A stretch of DNA of 13,145 bases, taken from assembly GCA_964452145.1 (NCBI GenBank), contig CAYVLA010000068.1:1-13145 (forward strand). Reading direction: 5' to 3'. Positions 1 through 8,660 of this stretch are shown piece after piece; the stretch's first letter is position 1, and every line of letters starts with the position of its first letter. Source of the stretch: Candidatus Hadarchaeota archaeon (GTDB taxonomy: Archaea > CAYQAE01 > CAYVLA01). Made by a program: the position numbers and the translations under genes. The notes under the pieces were generated by a model. The model saw nothing but the letters and a program-made list of their open reading frames with translations, ran no database searches and was not told where the DNA came from.

Positions 1-984
1 GAGGGCGAGTGGTACGTGGGCACGCGGGGGGGCGCGGGGGACCATGCAGCGATGCTCTTCTGCCGGCCTGGTACGATATGCCATCTGAGGTTCTTCCCAT
101 TCCAGGTGGACAGATACATCCCGATCCCCGAAGGTCATTCGATAGTCATATGCGACTCGATGAAGCGGGCGAGCAAAGCTGGCGCGGCCCTGGATGCCTA
201 TAACCAGACCATCGCGGCATACAGCATGGTTCTCATGCTTGCCAAGGAGACGATGCGGGAACTTGGCTTTCGTGAAGATCTTATCGACGGCACGAAGTAT
301 CTCAGGGACATCAATCCCCTTCGTCTGGACCTTCCTCAGATCTATCGTCTGATCCGAGCCCTGCCCCAGAGAGCTTCGCGCAAGCAGCTCATGGACCGAT
401 TCCCCCGGAAGGGGGATGAGCTGGAGAGGATCTTCCACACCCACGGAGAGCCACCGGAGGGGTACCGAATCAGGGCGGTGGCGATGTTCGGCATCTCTGA
501 ATGCGAACGCGGAAGGGTGTTCGCGGACATTCTGGAGTCGGGCGACCTGGAAGGCGTGGGGAGAATGATGTTCGTCGAACATGACGGGGACAGGGTCACC
601 TGGTTTGACCGGTCTAGGCGGGTCTGGGCTCGGTGGGACAACGAGGTCACCGATGATCTCGTGGACAGGCTGATCTCCGACTCAGGTAGCGGCGATCCCG
701 AGAGAATTGCGAGGTCGGCGCTTCACCTGCAGCCAGGCGGTTACGGGTGCAGCTCGCCCGAGCTGGACGAGATGGTCGAGATCGCAAGATCGGTTCCCGG
801 CGTGCTCGGAGCCGGGCTCACCGGCGCGGGATTTGGGGGATGCATACGCGTGCTTGTCAGAAGTGATTCGGTCAATGACCTCATCGATGAGATGGGCAGA
901 AGGTACTACACCCCGCGGGGCCTCGCTCAGGGCAGTGAGCGGGTCCGGACAGTCGCGAGCGCGTCTGTGTTGGGACAGAGCTGA
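1..984 (+). CDS. GHMP-superfamily sugar kinase, galactokinase-like (5'-partial; frame 1 is open from the window start)
   Basis: Frame 1 reads EGEWYVGTRGGAGDHAAM from base 1, matching the galactokinase AE..vG..cG.mDQ region. The C-terminus has GYGCSSPELDEMVEIA and GVLGAGLTGAGFGGC, the GHMP C-terminal glycine-rich motif. Stop TGA at 982-984. The substrate cannot be determined. Confidence 0.88.
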   Translation, partial: EGEWYVGTRGGAGDHAAMLFCRPGTICHLRFFPFQVDRYIPIPEGHSIVICDSMKRASKAGAALDAYNQTIAAYSMVLMLAKETMRELGFREDLIDGTKYLRDINPLRLDLPQIYRLIRALPQRASRKQLMDRFPRKGDELERIFHTHGEPPEGYRIRAVAMFGISECERGRVFADILESGDLEGVGRMMFVEHDGDRVTWFDRSRRVWARWDNEVTDDLVDRLISDSGSGDPERIARSALHLQPGGYGCSSPELDEMVEIARSVPGVLGAGLTGAGFGGCIRVLVRSDSVNDLIDEMGRRYYTPRGLAQGSERVRTVASASVLGQS

Positions 985-985
985 C

Positions 986-1801
986 CTAGTCGCCTCGCCC
1001 CAGTTCCTCCGTGGCCTTTCCCAGTATCCTGGCAAGTGCCTCCAGCCTTTCGCGAAGGCGGGAGTTCTCCATCTCCAGCTCCTCCTTGCCTCTGTACATC
1101 ATCGCATCCAGCTTCTCCTCCCCCGCTATCAGCCCGTCCTCGATTCGTAGGGCCCGATCGGCAATCCTGCCCACGCGTTTGTCATGGGTCACTACGATCT
1201 CGGTCTTCCCATATTCCTCCTTCAGTTTCTTGAATAGATCCAGGATCTCGGACCCGGTCTGGGTGTCCAGCTCTCCGGTCGGCTCATCGGCCAGCAGGAT
1301 CGGAGGATCGTTGGCCAGGGCCGCGGCTATCGCCACCCTCTGCTGTTCGCCTCCCGACAGCTCGTCGGGTTTGTGGTCCCTGCGGGATCTCATTGCTACG
1401 GCCTCAAGGAGTTCGCTGACGCGTTTCTCGCGATATGCCTGAGGCTTTCCGGCCATTCTCATGGGTAGTTCCACGTTCTCCTCAGCTGTGAGAGATGAGA
1501 CGAGGTTGAAGAATTGGAATACGAAGCCGACCTTGTCCCGTCTGTACTGGACCATCTGGTCGTCCGCCAACTCGGATATGAGGGTGCCGTCGACCTGAAT
1601 GCTGCCTGCGGTGGGCCTGTCCAGTCCGCCGATCAGGTTCAGCAGGGTGGTCTTTCCGCAGCCCGATGGACCCATTATGGCTAGAACCTCGCCCTCTCGA
1701 ACGTCCATGTTTGCGCCCCTCAGGGCGATGACCTCGAGCTTCCCCGTCTTGTAAACCTTCATCAGGTCTCTCACAACGATCTTGGCTTCCCTCTCCTGCA
1801 A
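986..1801 (-). CDS. ABC transporter ATP-binding protein, LolD/MacB/SalX (type VII) family
   Basis: Walker A GPSGCGKTT, Q-loop GFVFQFFNL, signature LSGGEQQRVAIA, Walker B/D-loop ILLADEPTGELD and H-switch VVTHD are all present. TTG start at 1801, preceded on the minus strand by GAGGTGAT. Confidence 0.95.
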   Translation of the reverse strand: MQEREAKIVVRDLMKVYKTGKLEVIALRGANMDVREGEVLAIMGPSGCGKTTLLNLIGGLDRPTAGSIQVDGTLISELADDQMVQYRRDKVGFVFQFFNLVSSLTAEENVELPMRMAGKPQAYREKRVSELLEAVAMRSRRDHKPDELSGGEQQRVAIAAALANDPPILLADEPTGELDTQTGSEILDLFKKLKEEYGKTEIVVTHDKRVGRIADRALRIEDGLIAGEEKLDAMMYRGKEELEMENSRLRERLEALARILGKATEELGRGD

Positions 1802-1804
1802 ACC

Positions 1805-1812
1805 ATCACCTC
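1805..1812 (-). promoter_or_regulatory. Shine-Dalgarno GAGGTGAT overlapping the permease stop codon, serving the ATPase start
   Basis: The minus strand reads ...GT GAGGTGAT GGT TTG CAG. The motif is complementary to the 16S 3' end (AUCACCUC). The short spacing from the GGTGAT end is common in archaea. Confidence 0.65.
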
Positions 1813-4619
1813 ACTCTGAGCGCATCACTTGCCTTGATCCTGCTGATCTTCACGGCGCTGAGGAACGATGCTGCCGCAAGGGCTGCGGCCGTGACTACCA
1901 GCATGATGGAGAGCACCGTCGGGAACACGAACGGGATCGGTATGGCCAGTTCCATGACCCGGTTCATCACCGAGCGGAGCACGTACACGATGAAGGTTCC
2001 GACCGGGACGCCTATGGCGAACCCTATGATCACGATGGAGAACGCTTCCGCGGCTAGGACCTTCATGACCTGTCCGCCGCTCAGCCCTCTAGCCATCAGC
2101 CCGGCCACCTCGTTCTCCCTCTCCGTTGCAGCCAGGTACATGACTAGGCCCAGGCCGAACGTGGCCATGATCAACGTGAAACCGAACTCAAGCTCCATGA
2201 AGGAGAAAACCGCCATGAGCATGGGTTCGCGCTCCCTCTCGGCCAGCAGGATCCTGGTGCTTCTGACGTTCCATTCGGACAGCTCGGGGTACAGCCCTAC
2301 AATGGCGTCGATGATCGCTGATGAGTTGGCGCCCCGCTCTTCCTTCACCAGGATCGTGAACTGGGTCACGCTGTCCAAAAGGGCGATCTGCTCGTCCATG
2401 TGATCTTGTCTGACCAGCAGGATCGGAGGATCCCATCGTCCCCTTCGGAGGCTCCCCTCGAGGCCCGGGGCATGGTCAAAGTAACCCAGAATCCTGATCT
2501 TGATGGTCTTCGCCCCGCCCTCGGATCTGATGGGCAGGGATATCAGCTGTCCCTGTTCCCATTCGGTCTCGCGGCGTGTGTTGAGAACCAGGGTGCCCAT
2601 CTTCTCAGTGGACAGCTCGTTTAGCAGCCGGCCCAGCTTCCGGGTGAAGAACCCGTTATCCTTGGTGCAGGAGTAGTACTTGTCCGGGTCAAGGGAGTAC
2701 ACCGCGACATCTCCTGAACGAGTCTGCGCCCAACGCTGGACGATCTGACACGTCGCTTCCACACCCTCGATGCTGCGCAGTGCGCCCTCATCCACGGGCG
2801 AGGAATCCGTGATCTTGATGTCCGAGCCTTGCTCCAGCACTATCAGCGATTCCTGGAACCTCTGCTCGGTCGCGCTGAACACCATGATGAAGGTGCCGAA
2901 GGAGAGGGAGAGGGCGATGAGGACCGCAACCCGCGAGGTTCTCCGCGGATTCCTGGAAAGATTCTTCGCCACAAGAGGGTGGAGCACTCCGACCAGCGGT
3001 TTGAAAGCGCGGGAGACGGTCTGGTAGGTTCTGTTCGTGCCCCTCGTCAGCAGTCGGGCGGTGCCGAGTATGAGCATGAACGGGGTGACTGGCAGGATCA
3101 GCGCGCCGACGGCCATGAAGACGTAGAGGACGAAGACCAGAAGGCTTGGTCCCCTGCCCAGCTGCCCCTGCAGGAGCAGGATAGCGGCGTAGACCGATGA
3201 GGGCAAGAGGATTAGGATGACATCCGTCGTCTTCCTGTATTCCTCGGTCTCGTAGCTGACTGAGTACTTGCCCATGGCTTCGATGACGCCTATCCTGCTG
3301 ATCCTCCTTATGGGTCTGTAGGAGGCCAGTACCATCATCGCGATCCCGAGTGTGATGCAGATCGCCATTGTGGCCGGGGATACGCCGAGCAACGCCATCT
3401 CGGATAGCCCGACGGGGGCACGTTGGCCTTGAGGCAGGGGAAAGATGATTAGTCCCGTGATGAGTGCGCCCAGGAAGAGGCCGACCAGACCGGCAGCGAT
3501 CCCCAGAACTGAGGCCTCCGTGAATAGCAGACCGGAGATCTGGCGGTTGCTGGCTCCCCTGGATCTGAGCAGTGCGATCTCGGCTCTCCTGCGCCCGAAG
3601 CCCACATCGATGCCGATCATGGCGAGGTAGATCCCGAGGGCTATGACGGGCAGTGATGCCACTAGAAACAGTGCCCTGCTCTGCTCAAGCTGAGCGCCGT
3701 ATTTGCGTACCGCGCTTTCGATCGGCATTTCTACGTAGAAATCCCTTCCTGCCAGTGCTAGGTTGACGTCGTTCTTGATGAATTCCAGGTTCTTCTTCGT
3801 GGCCTCCACATCGGCCTTGATGATGACATTTGAACGGTCCAGGAGGACGATGTAGAGGGTTGCCGAGAGGGTCTGGAACAGACCCGGCATTCCTCCCGGT
3901 GTTCGGGGAGCGACCCACTCTTTCATGAGGCCGGTTTCGTACAGCTCCAGCATCTCGCGAGCACGGGATCTGCTCATGATGATGCCATCGAAGAAGTAGT
4001 ATCCGCCAAGGCGGATCCCCCACCGGCCTCTTTCCACCTCGGCCAACCCCTTGATCACGAAGCTCTGTGCAACCCATTCAGGCTCCTCGCCCCCGACCGG
4101 CCCCTTTGGCAGATAGAAGGTGAAATTGTCTCCGATTTGAAGATACACCCCCGATCCTCGGAGGTTGTCGATGAAGCCCTTGGTCACGAGCAACTCGTTC
4201 TCCTTCAGATCGAAGCTGGCGGTCTTTGGAAGCAGCCTTCCCGCAACCCTATCGAAGCTGCTTTCGACCCCGAACAGGTTCACATAGGCCTGCGAGATCA
4301 GCCCACTTTCGTTCACCATCATCTGGGTCATCCCCACCAGCATGGGCTCCGCGATGCCGATTCCCTCAAGTCCCTCCAGTACCGGGACAACGTCCGATCC
4401 CCCTGCTCCCGGGAATCCGACGATCATGTCGATCGGAGTATTGTCCAGTGCTATGAGCAGGATCTTGTTCGTGGCAACGTCGACCGAGATGTTTGCACCC
4501 GCGATGAGGGTGATGGCTAGCAGGCTTCCTACCAGCGCGGCAAGGGATCTCCCCTTGTTCTTCGCAATATTCTCGATGCCGAACTTCAGCGAGAAGAACA
4601 ACGCCGGTGGGTTGGGCAC
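1806..4619 (-). CDS. ABC transporter permease, FtsX/MacB-like, with two tandem modules (~937 aa)
   Basis: The N-terminal pattern IENIAKNKGRSLAALVGSLLAITL is repeated as KNLSRNPRRTSRVAVLIALSLSF. Two FtsX motifs are present (RRRAEIALLRSRGASNRQI; ERENEVAGLMARGLSGGQV), each followed by TM helices, plus two large extracytoplasmic domains. Start reassigned to the in-frame GTG at 4619 (TTG 4601 is an alternative), because the 4955 start adds P/S-rich sequence overlapping the divergent gene. Confidence 0.9.
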   Translation of the reverse strand: MPNPPALFFSLKFGIENIAKNKGRSLAALVGSLLAITLIAGANISVDVATNKILLIALDNTPIDMIVGFPGAGGSDVVPVLEGLEGIGIAEPMLVGMTQMMVNESGLISQAYVNLFGVESSFDRVAGRLLPKTASFDLKENELLVTKGFIDNLRGSGVYLQIGDNFTFYLPKGPVGGEEPEWVAQSFVIKGLAEVERGRWGIRLGGYYFFDGIIMSRSRAREMLELYETGLMKEWVAPRTPGGMPGLFQTLSATLYIVLLDRSNVIIKADVEATKKNLEFIKNDVNLALAGRDFYVEMPIESAVRKYGAQLEQSRALFLVASLPVIALGIYLAMIGIDVGFGRRRAEIALLRSRGASNRQISGLLFTEASVLGIAAGLVGLFLGALITGLIIFPLPQGQRAPVGLSEMALLGVSPATMAICITLGIAMMVLASYRPIRRISRIGVIEAMGKYSVSYETEEYRKTTDVILILLPSSVYAAILLLQGQLGRGPSLLVFVLYVFMAVGALILPVTPFMLILGTARLLTRGTNRTYQTVSRAFKPLVGVLHPLVAKNLSRNPRRTSRVAVLIALSLSFGTFIMVFSATEQRFQESLIVLEQGSDIKITDSSPVDEGALRSIEGVEATCQIVQRWAQTRSGDVAVYSLDPDKYYSCTKDNGFFTRKLGRLLNELSTEKMGTLVLNTRRETEWEQGQLISLPIRSEGGAKTIKIRILGYFDHAPGLEGSLRRGRWDPPILLVRQDHMDEQIALLDSVTQFTILVKEERGANSSAIIDAIVGLYPELSEWNVRSTRILLAEREREPMLMAVFSFMELEFGFTLIMATFGLGLVMYLAATERENEVAGLMARGLSGGQVMKVLAAEAFSIVIIGFAIGVPVGTFIVYVLRSVMNRVMELAIPIPFVFPTVLSIMLVVTAAALAAASFLSAVKISRIKASDALRVR

Positions 4620-4847
4620 CCGTTCTGATATAGATGACGGGGACTCCTGCCCGATCCTCCACAGACCGGGGTACTCCCCTTCTTGGCCATGGCTTTGACT
4701 CAACGGCCGGGAAGAAGACGAGACTTGAGGAGGTTTGGGCACGGGTGGGGCTTCGAAAGCCGCAGCACAAACGCTACCGATGACGGTGCCTAGGGGGATG
4801 CTGTCTGGGAAGGGCTTCAGCGTTCTCCCTGCTCCGTGCTCGAATCC

Positions 4848-4853
4848 TTTAAG
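4848..4853 (+). promoter_or_regulatory. Candidate archaeal TATA box (TTTAAG) for the zinc-ribbon gene
   Basis: AT-rich hexamer in a GC-rich divergent intergenic region, ending about 33 nt before ATG 4886, which has no obvious SD. Confidence 0.4.
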
Positions 4854-4885
4854 AGGGTCTCCCGCAATGCGCCCACGGTGCAAAA

Positions 4886-5680
4886 ATGCCGTACTGCTCA
4901 AAATGCGGTGCCCAGGTTGCCGAGGACGCGAAGGGGTGCCCGTCCTGTGGGGCACCCTTAGCTCAACCTGTGCCCGCGCCGGCCCCCTATGTCAGATCTG
5001 ACGGAGCCAGGATCCTCCTCCTGCTGTTCGGTGCGATAATCCTCGTGGGCGGCGTGCTGTTCGTGATAGGTAGCGCTGTTCTCCTCGACATGGGGAGCCG
5101 GGGGCTCAGGGTCACGCCGACTCCGACGAGCAGCGACTCATATGCGATCATCCTGTCCGACATCAACCTCTCCATCCACCGAACCACCGAGCGGATATGG
5201 ATGGGGCGGTCTCTTGAATTCGTCAGCGTCGAGCTGACCGGAACCATGGAAGATCCCTCAAAGTCCATCTTCATGGGCATTGCAGCGGCCTCCGACGCTG
5301 AGGAGTACCTCAAGGAGGTGGAGTATGACGACATGTCGCACTGGACCGGCTTCAGATTCAGGCCATTCGGCAAGAGCCAGATCAGGGTGGAGTACGATCG
5401 CCATGCCGGAGGCGCGGCTCCGCAGAACCCATCAGATCGTGGCTTCTGGACAGCTTCGGTTCACGGTACGGGACTCCAGACTCTTGAGTGGAAGCCCGAG
5501 ACCGGCAACTACTGGGTGGTGCTGATGAACGAGGATGGGTCCCGGGGCATCGACGCCTCTGTCGTCCTGACGCTGGAGATGCCCTTCCTAGGGATCGTCG
5601 GCGCCGTATTCTTGGTGGGCGGCATCTTCGGCGTGGCAGTTGGGGTTTTCCTGATCTACTACGGCCTGCACCGAAGGTGA
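4886..5680 (+). CDS. Zinc-ribbon domain-containing membrane protein
   Basis: The N-terminus MPYCSKCGAQVAEDAKGCPSCGAPL has two CxxC motifs (zinc_ribbon_2-like). It is followed by a proline linker, a TM helix (ILLLLFGAIILVGGVLFVIGSAVLL), a beta-rich external domain, and a C-terminal TM ending in HRR. Confidence 0.85.
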   Translation: MPYCSKCGAQVAEDAKGCPSCGAPLAQPVPAPAPYVRSDGARILLLLFGAIILVGGVLFVIGSAVLLDMGSRGLRVTPTPTSSDSYAIILSDINLSIHRTTERIWMGRSLEFVSVELTGTMEDPSKSIFMGIAAASDAEEYLKEVEYDDMSHWTGFRFRPFGKSQIRVEYDRHAGGAAPQNPSDRGFWTASVHGTGLQTLEWKPETGNYWVVLMNEDGSRGIDASVVLTLEMPFLGIVGAVFLVGGIFGVAVGVFLIYYGLHRR

Positions 5681-5797
5681 TCATTGCCGCGAAGCTGGCG
5701 CCGCGAATAGCAGGGACACAAGGAACCGGGGCGCCGACCTCCCGATCTCCCACAACGTTGATGTTGAAGCTGGCCATGAAGACCGCTGGTGCACTTT

Positions 5798-5859
5798 GAT
5801 TCCCGGAACCCCCTTGAAGTGCTGCCGCCAAGCCTTTCCGGGGACGGGTTCAGGGAATC
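5798..5859. repeat. Intergenic inverted repeat / long imperfect hairpin
   Basis: GATTCCCGGAACCC (5798-5811) and GGGTTCAGGGAATC (5846-5859) are complementary at 13 of 14 positions, and further pairing is possible in the inner segment. Confidence 0.7.
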
Positions 5860-5923
5860 CGTTTCTCCTATCGCAAGTCCTAGGTCCGATGGCCCCGGGT
5901 CACGCTAGGTGATGCACCGATGC

Positions 5924-5936
5924 GGAAGATATATAT
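5924..5936 (+). promoter_or_regulatory. Candidate archaeal BRE/TATA promoter of cysS
   Basis: Purine-rich GGAAGA is followed by TATATAT (5930-5936), about 30 nt before the cysS ATG at 5965. This fits a leaderless or short-leader transcript. Confidence 0.55.
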
Positions 5937-5964
5937 CAAAAACGGAGGGCAGGCTCCTCAGATC

Positions 5965-7374
5965 ATGCTGAGAGTCCACAATACTCTACAAAGGAAGAAG
6001 GAGGAATTCGTACCTCTGGAGAAGGGCATGGTCCGAATGTACTGCTGTGGACCGACCGTCTACGATGTGCCTCATCTGGGCAACTACCGCAGCTTCGTCA
6101 TGAGCGACAACATACGCAGGTACCTGGAGTTCTTGGGATACCAGGTCATACACGTTATGAACATCACAGACATCGATGACAAGACCATTCGAAGATCGGA
6201 GGAAGCGGGGATTCCGCTGAAGGAGTACACGCGCCAATTCGAGGAGGCCTTCCATCGCGGGCTGAGGGAGCTTAACGTCCTCCCTGCTCATCATTATCCT
6301 CGTGCAACCGAACACGTTGATGCGATGATCGAGATCGTCGAGAATCTCGTGGGCAAGGGTTTGGCGTATGAGCGGGAGGGCAGCGTCTATTTCGACGTAT
6401 CCAAGTTCGCAGGATACGGAAGACTGTCCCACCTTGATATGGGAGGCCTCAAAGTCGGTGTCAGGGTCGATGTGGACGAATACGACAAGGAGAATCCTCA
6501 GGATTTCGCGCTCCTGAAGAGGTCCAGCGAATCGGAGGTCGCCCGGGGGATATTCTACGAGTCCAAGTGGGGAAAGGTCAGGCCCGGCTGGCACATCGAA
6601 TGCTCGGCGCTTTCAATGAAGTTTCTGGGCCCCAGCATAGACATACACACCGGGGGCGTCGACCTGATATTCCCCCACCACGAGAACGAGATCGCTCAGT
6701 CAGAGTCATACACCGGTAAGCCGTTCGTCAAGTATTGGATCCACGGAGAGCACCTCATGGTGGGGGGCCAGAAGATGAGCAAGTCATTGGGCAACTACAT
6801 CTCCTTGGAAGACCTGCTTAGGGAATACCCCGGGAACGTCGTCAGGTACATGCTGGTCTCAACCCACTACCGTAAGGTGCTGGACTACACACAGGCTTTT
6901 GCTGAGAACGCTAGGAACAACTACCAGAGACTCCGGAACGCATACGAGAACATGCTCTTCGCTCTCGGGACATGCGAAGAAAGAACAAGCCCGGTTGATG
7001 AAGAGCTGCTGGAAGAAACTGCTAGGGCGCAAGCTGAATTCCGCGAAGCCATGGATGACGATTTCAACAATCCGCTGGGGCTTGCGGCGCTGCATGAGTT
7101 CTCCGCGGCGGTCAATCGGTATCTCCTACATGGCAGGAACGGGAGAGTCCTTGGCTCCGTGCGGGCGGCCTTCGATTCCATTCTGTGGGTCCTTGGCCTT
7201 GAGTTCCCACAGCCTCCGCCTCTTTCGCCTCAGCAAGCTGATCTCATCCGGGAGCGCGAGAAGGCTAGGGCCTCAAAGGACTGGGCGAGGGCCGACGAGA
7301 TACGTTCGGAACTGAGGCGGCAGGGCCTGATTCTGGAGGACACGGAGTGGGGCACGAAGTGGAGCAGGGCGTGA
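5965..7374 (+). CDS. cysS: Cysteine--tRNA ligase (class I CysRS)
   Basis: Motifs: CGPTVYD, HLGN (HIGH), MNITDIDDKTI, RPGWHIECSA, DIHTGGVDLIFPHHENEIAQS, KMSKSLGN, AMDDDFN, and the anticodon-binding REKARASKDWARADEIR. Start set at ATG 5965 (MLRVHNTL is a typical CysRS N-terminus) rather than 5920. Confidence 0.98.
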   Translation: MLRVHNTLQRKKEEFVPLEKGMVRMYCCGPTVYDVPHLGNYRSFVMSDNIRRYLEFLGYQVIHVMNITDIDDKTIRRSEEAGIPLKEYTRQFEEAFHRGLRELNVLPAHHYPRATEHVDAMIEIVENLVGKGLAYEREGSVYFDVSKFAGYGRLSHLDMGGLKVGVRVDVDEYDKENPQDFALLKRSSESEVARGIFYESKWGKVRPGWHIECSALSMKFLGPSIDIHTGGVDLIFPHHENEIAQSESYTGKPFVKYWIHGEHLMVGGQKMSKSLGNYISLEDLLREYPGNVVRYMLVSTHYRKVLDYTQAFAENARNNYQRLRNAYENMLFALGTCEERTSPVDEELLEETARAQAEFREAMDDDFNNPLGLAALHEFSAAVNRYLLHGRNGRVLGSVRAAFDSILWVLGLEFPQPPPLSPQQADLIREREKARASKDWARADEIRSELRRQGLILEDTEWGTKWSRA

Positions 7375-8660
7375 ATTCACCCGAAAGAAGTCGGATCCAC
7401 CCGCTGGGAGGTCACGATGTATTCGGGCTAGGTCGGAGATTAGCTGCACTCGTGCTAGTTCTCACTCTGCTCGCCTTGTCCCCGTCCTGGGGGATACCGA
7501 GGAAGGATCCCCAGACCGGCAGACTCAGGGTTCTCTACATCGGCACGGCATTCTGGGGTACCTCGCCGGGAAGGATTCTCCTTCTGGACCCCAAACTGGA
7601 TCCCACCTTGGTCCCGATCATCACCATCTGGTACACCGAGGAGGAAAACGCAAGGTACATGCGCCTCTACATGCCAAGGAATTATGAAGACCTCGTGACC
7701 AACAAGGACTTGATCCATCTGGCGGGCTGTGACGCAGTGATGATCACCCCTAGGTGGCAGAACGATCTTTCCCGTGCGGTGGTCGAGGATGGTCTGGGTC
7801 TGCTGATGACAGATGGTCACAGAGGATTCGGAGGTGCCTCGGCCCAGCAGGCCGAATGGAAAGGAACCAAGATAGAGCAAGAAATACTCCCGGTCGATGT
7901 CTACACAAACCAGTTCGTGGAAGGCCCAATCACCATCAGAATCCTCGACCCCACCAATGCCCTGATGGCCTCCTTGCCCTGGGCTACCGCTCCCACCCTA
8001 ACTAGGCTGAACAAGCTGACCGAGAAGAAGGGGTCGGTGAAGCTTGCAGATGATGGCAGGGAGGGCTTCCCTGTGATCTGCTACTGGAATCTCGAAAAAG
8101 GGAGGTCGACAATATTCGCAACCGATCTTCACGGTCATTACGCTGAGAGATGGGTCAAGGAATGGATCTACTGGCATGACTTCGTCTTGAATCTGATATA
8201 CTACTCCTGCGGTGCGGATGTGCCGAGTGATCCTGAGGTCATGCACGCCATCCGGCAGTCTCTGTATGAGTACAGCGTGAGGGTCGCGCTCCTGAGGGAC
8301 ATGATGGGGTTCATTGAGAAGTTTGGGGCCAATCCTGCGGTGATCGATGATGGCCTTGGAGCCGTAGATGATCAGAAGAGAATGGTCGATCGCCTCTACC
8401 TCCAGCAGGCTTATGCGGAAACCCTGGAGGGGATGGATGCCGTCATCTCCTCGTTGAGCAGGCTCGAGGAGAAGGCCGTGGCGATGAAGGACCGCGCCCT
8501 TCAGTGGATATACCTGACGGAGTGGTTCGTCATCTGGGGCACGTGCATGCTAATCGGGGCCTTGCTCTGGACGCTGATGGTCAGAAAGAAGCTGTATAGA
8601 GAGATCGGCACGACCCGTGCTGTATCGCCCTCCTTCGGAGGTGTGAACGATCATCTCTGA
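7371..8660 (+). CDS. Secreted, C-terminally membrane-anchored protein of unknown function; the N-domain may have a class I glutamine-amidotransferase-like (DUF1355-type) fold
   Basis: The GTG start overlaps the cysS stop (GTGA). There is a signal-like segment RRLAALVLVLTLLALSPSWG, an alpha/beta domain (RVLYIG ... DLIHL ... GLGLLMTDGHRGFGG), a helical region, and a TM ending RKKLYREIGTTR. It is paralogous to 9500-10546. The fold is inferred. Confidence 0.8.
   Translation: MNSPERSRIHPLGGHDVFGLGRRLAALVLVLTLLALSPSWGIPRKDPQTGRLRVLYIGTAFWGTSPGRILLLDPKLDPTLVPIITIWYTEEENARYMRLYMPRNYEDLVTNKDLIHLAGCDAVMITPRWQNDLSRAVVEDGLGLLMTDGHRGFGGASAQQAEWKGTKIEQEILPVDVYTNQFVEGPITIRILDPTNALMASLPWATAPTLTRLNKLTEKKGSVKLADDGREGFPVICYWNLEKGRSTIFATDLHGHYAERWVKEWIYWHDFVLNLIYYSCGADVPSDPEVMHAIRQSLYEYSVRVALLRDMMGFIEKFGANPAVIDDGLGAVDDQKRMVDRLYLQQAYAETLEGMDAVISSLSRLEEKAVAMKDRALQWIYLTEWFVIWGTCMLIGALLWTLMVRKKLYREIGTTRAVSPSFGGVNDHL

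Noticed and set aside
4679..4714. 10-bp stem CTTCTTGGCC/GGCCGGGAAG
   Set aside because: It needs two G-U pairs, and stems like this are expected by chance in GC-rich DNA.
4620..4955. N-terminal 112-aa extension of the permease ORF
   Set aside because: It is P/S/G-rich, overlaps the divergent zinc-ribbon gene and its likely promoter, and lies before the point where family-like sequence begins.
5920..5964. Upstream ATG for cysS
   Set aside because: It would translate through the TATA-like box, and MLRVHNTL at 5965 is the typical CysRS start.
5681..5964. T-box riboswitch or tRNA upstream of cysS
   Set aside because: There is no T-box motif (AGGGTGGNACCGCG) with a terminator, and no cloverleaf or TTCGA arm.
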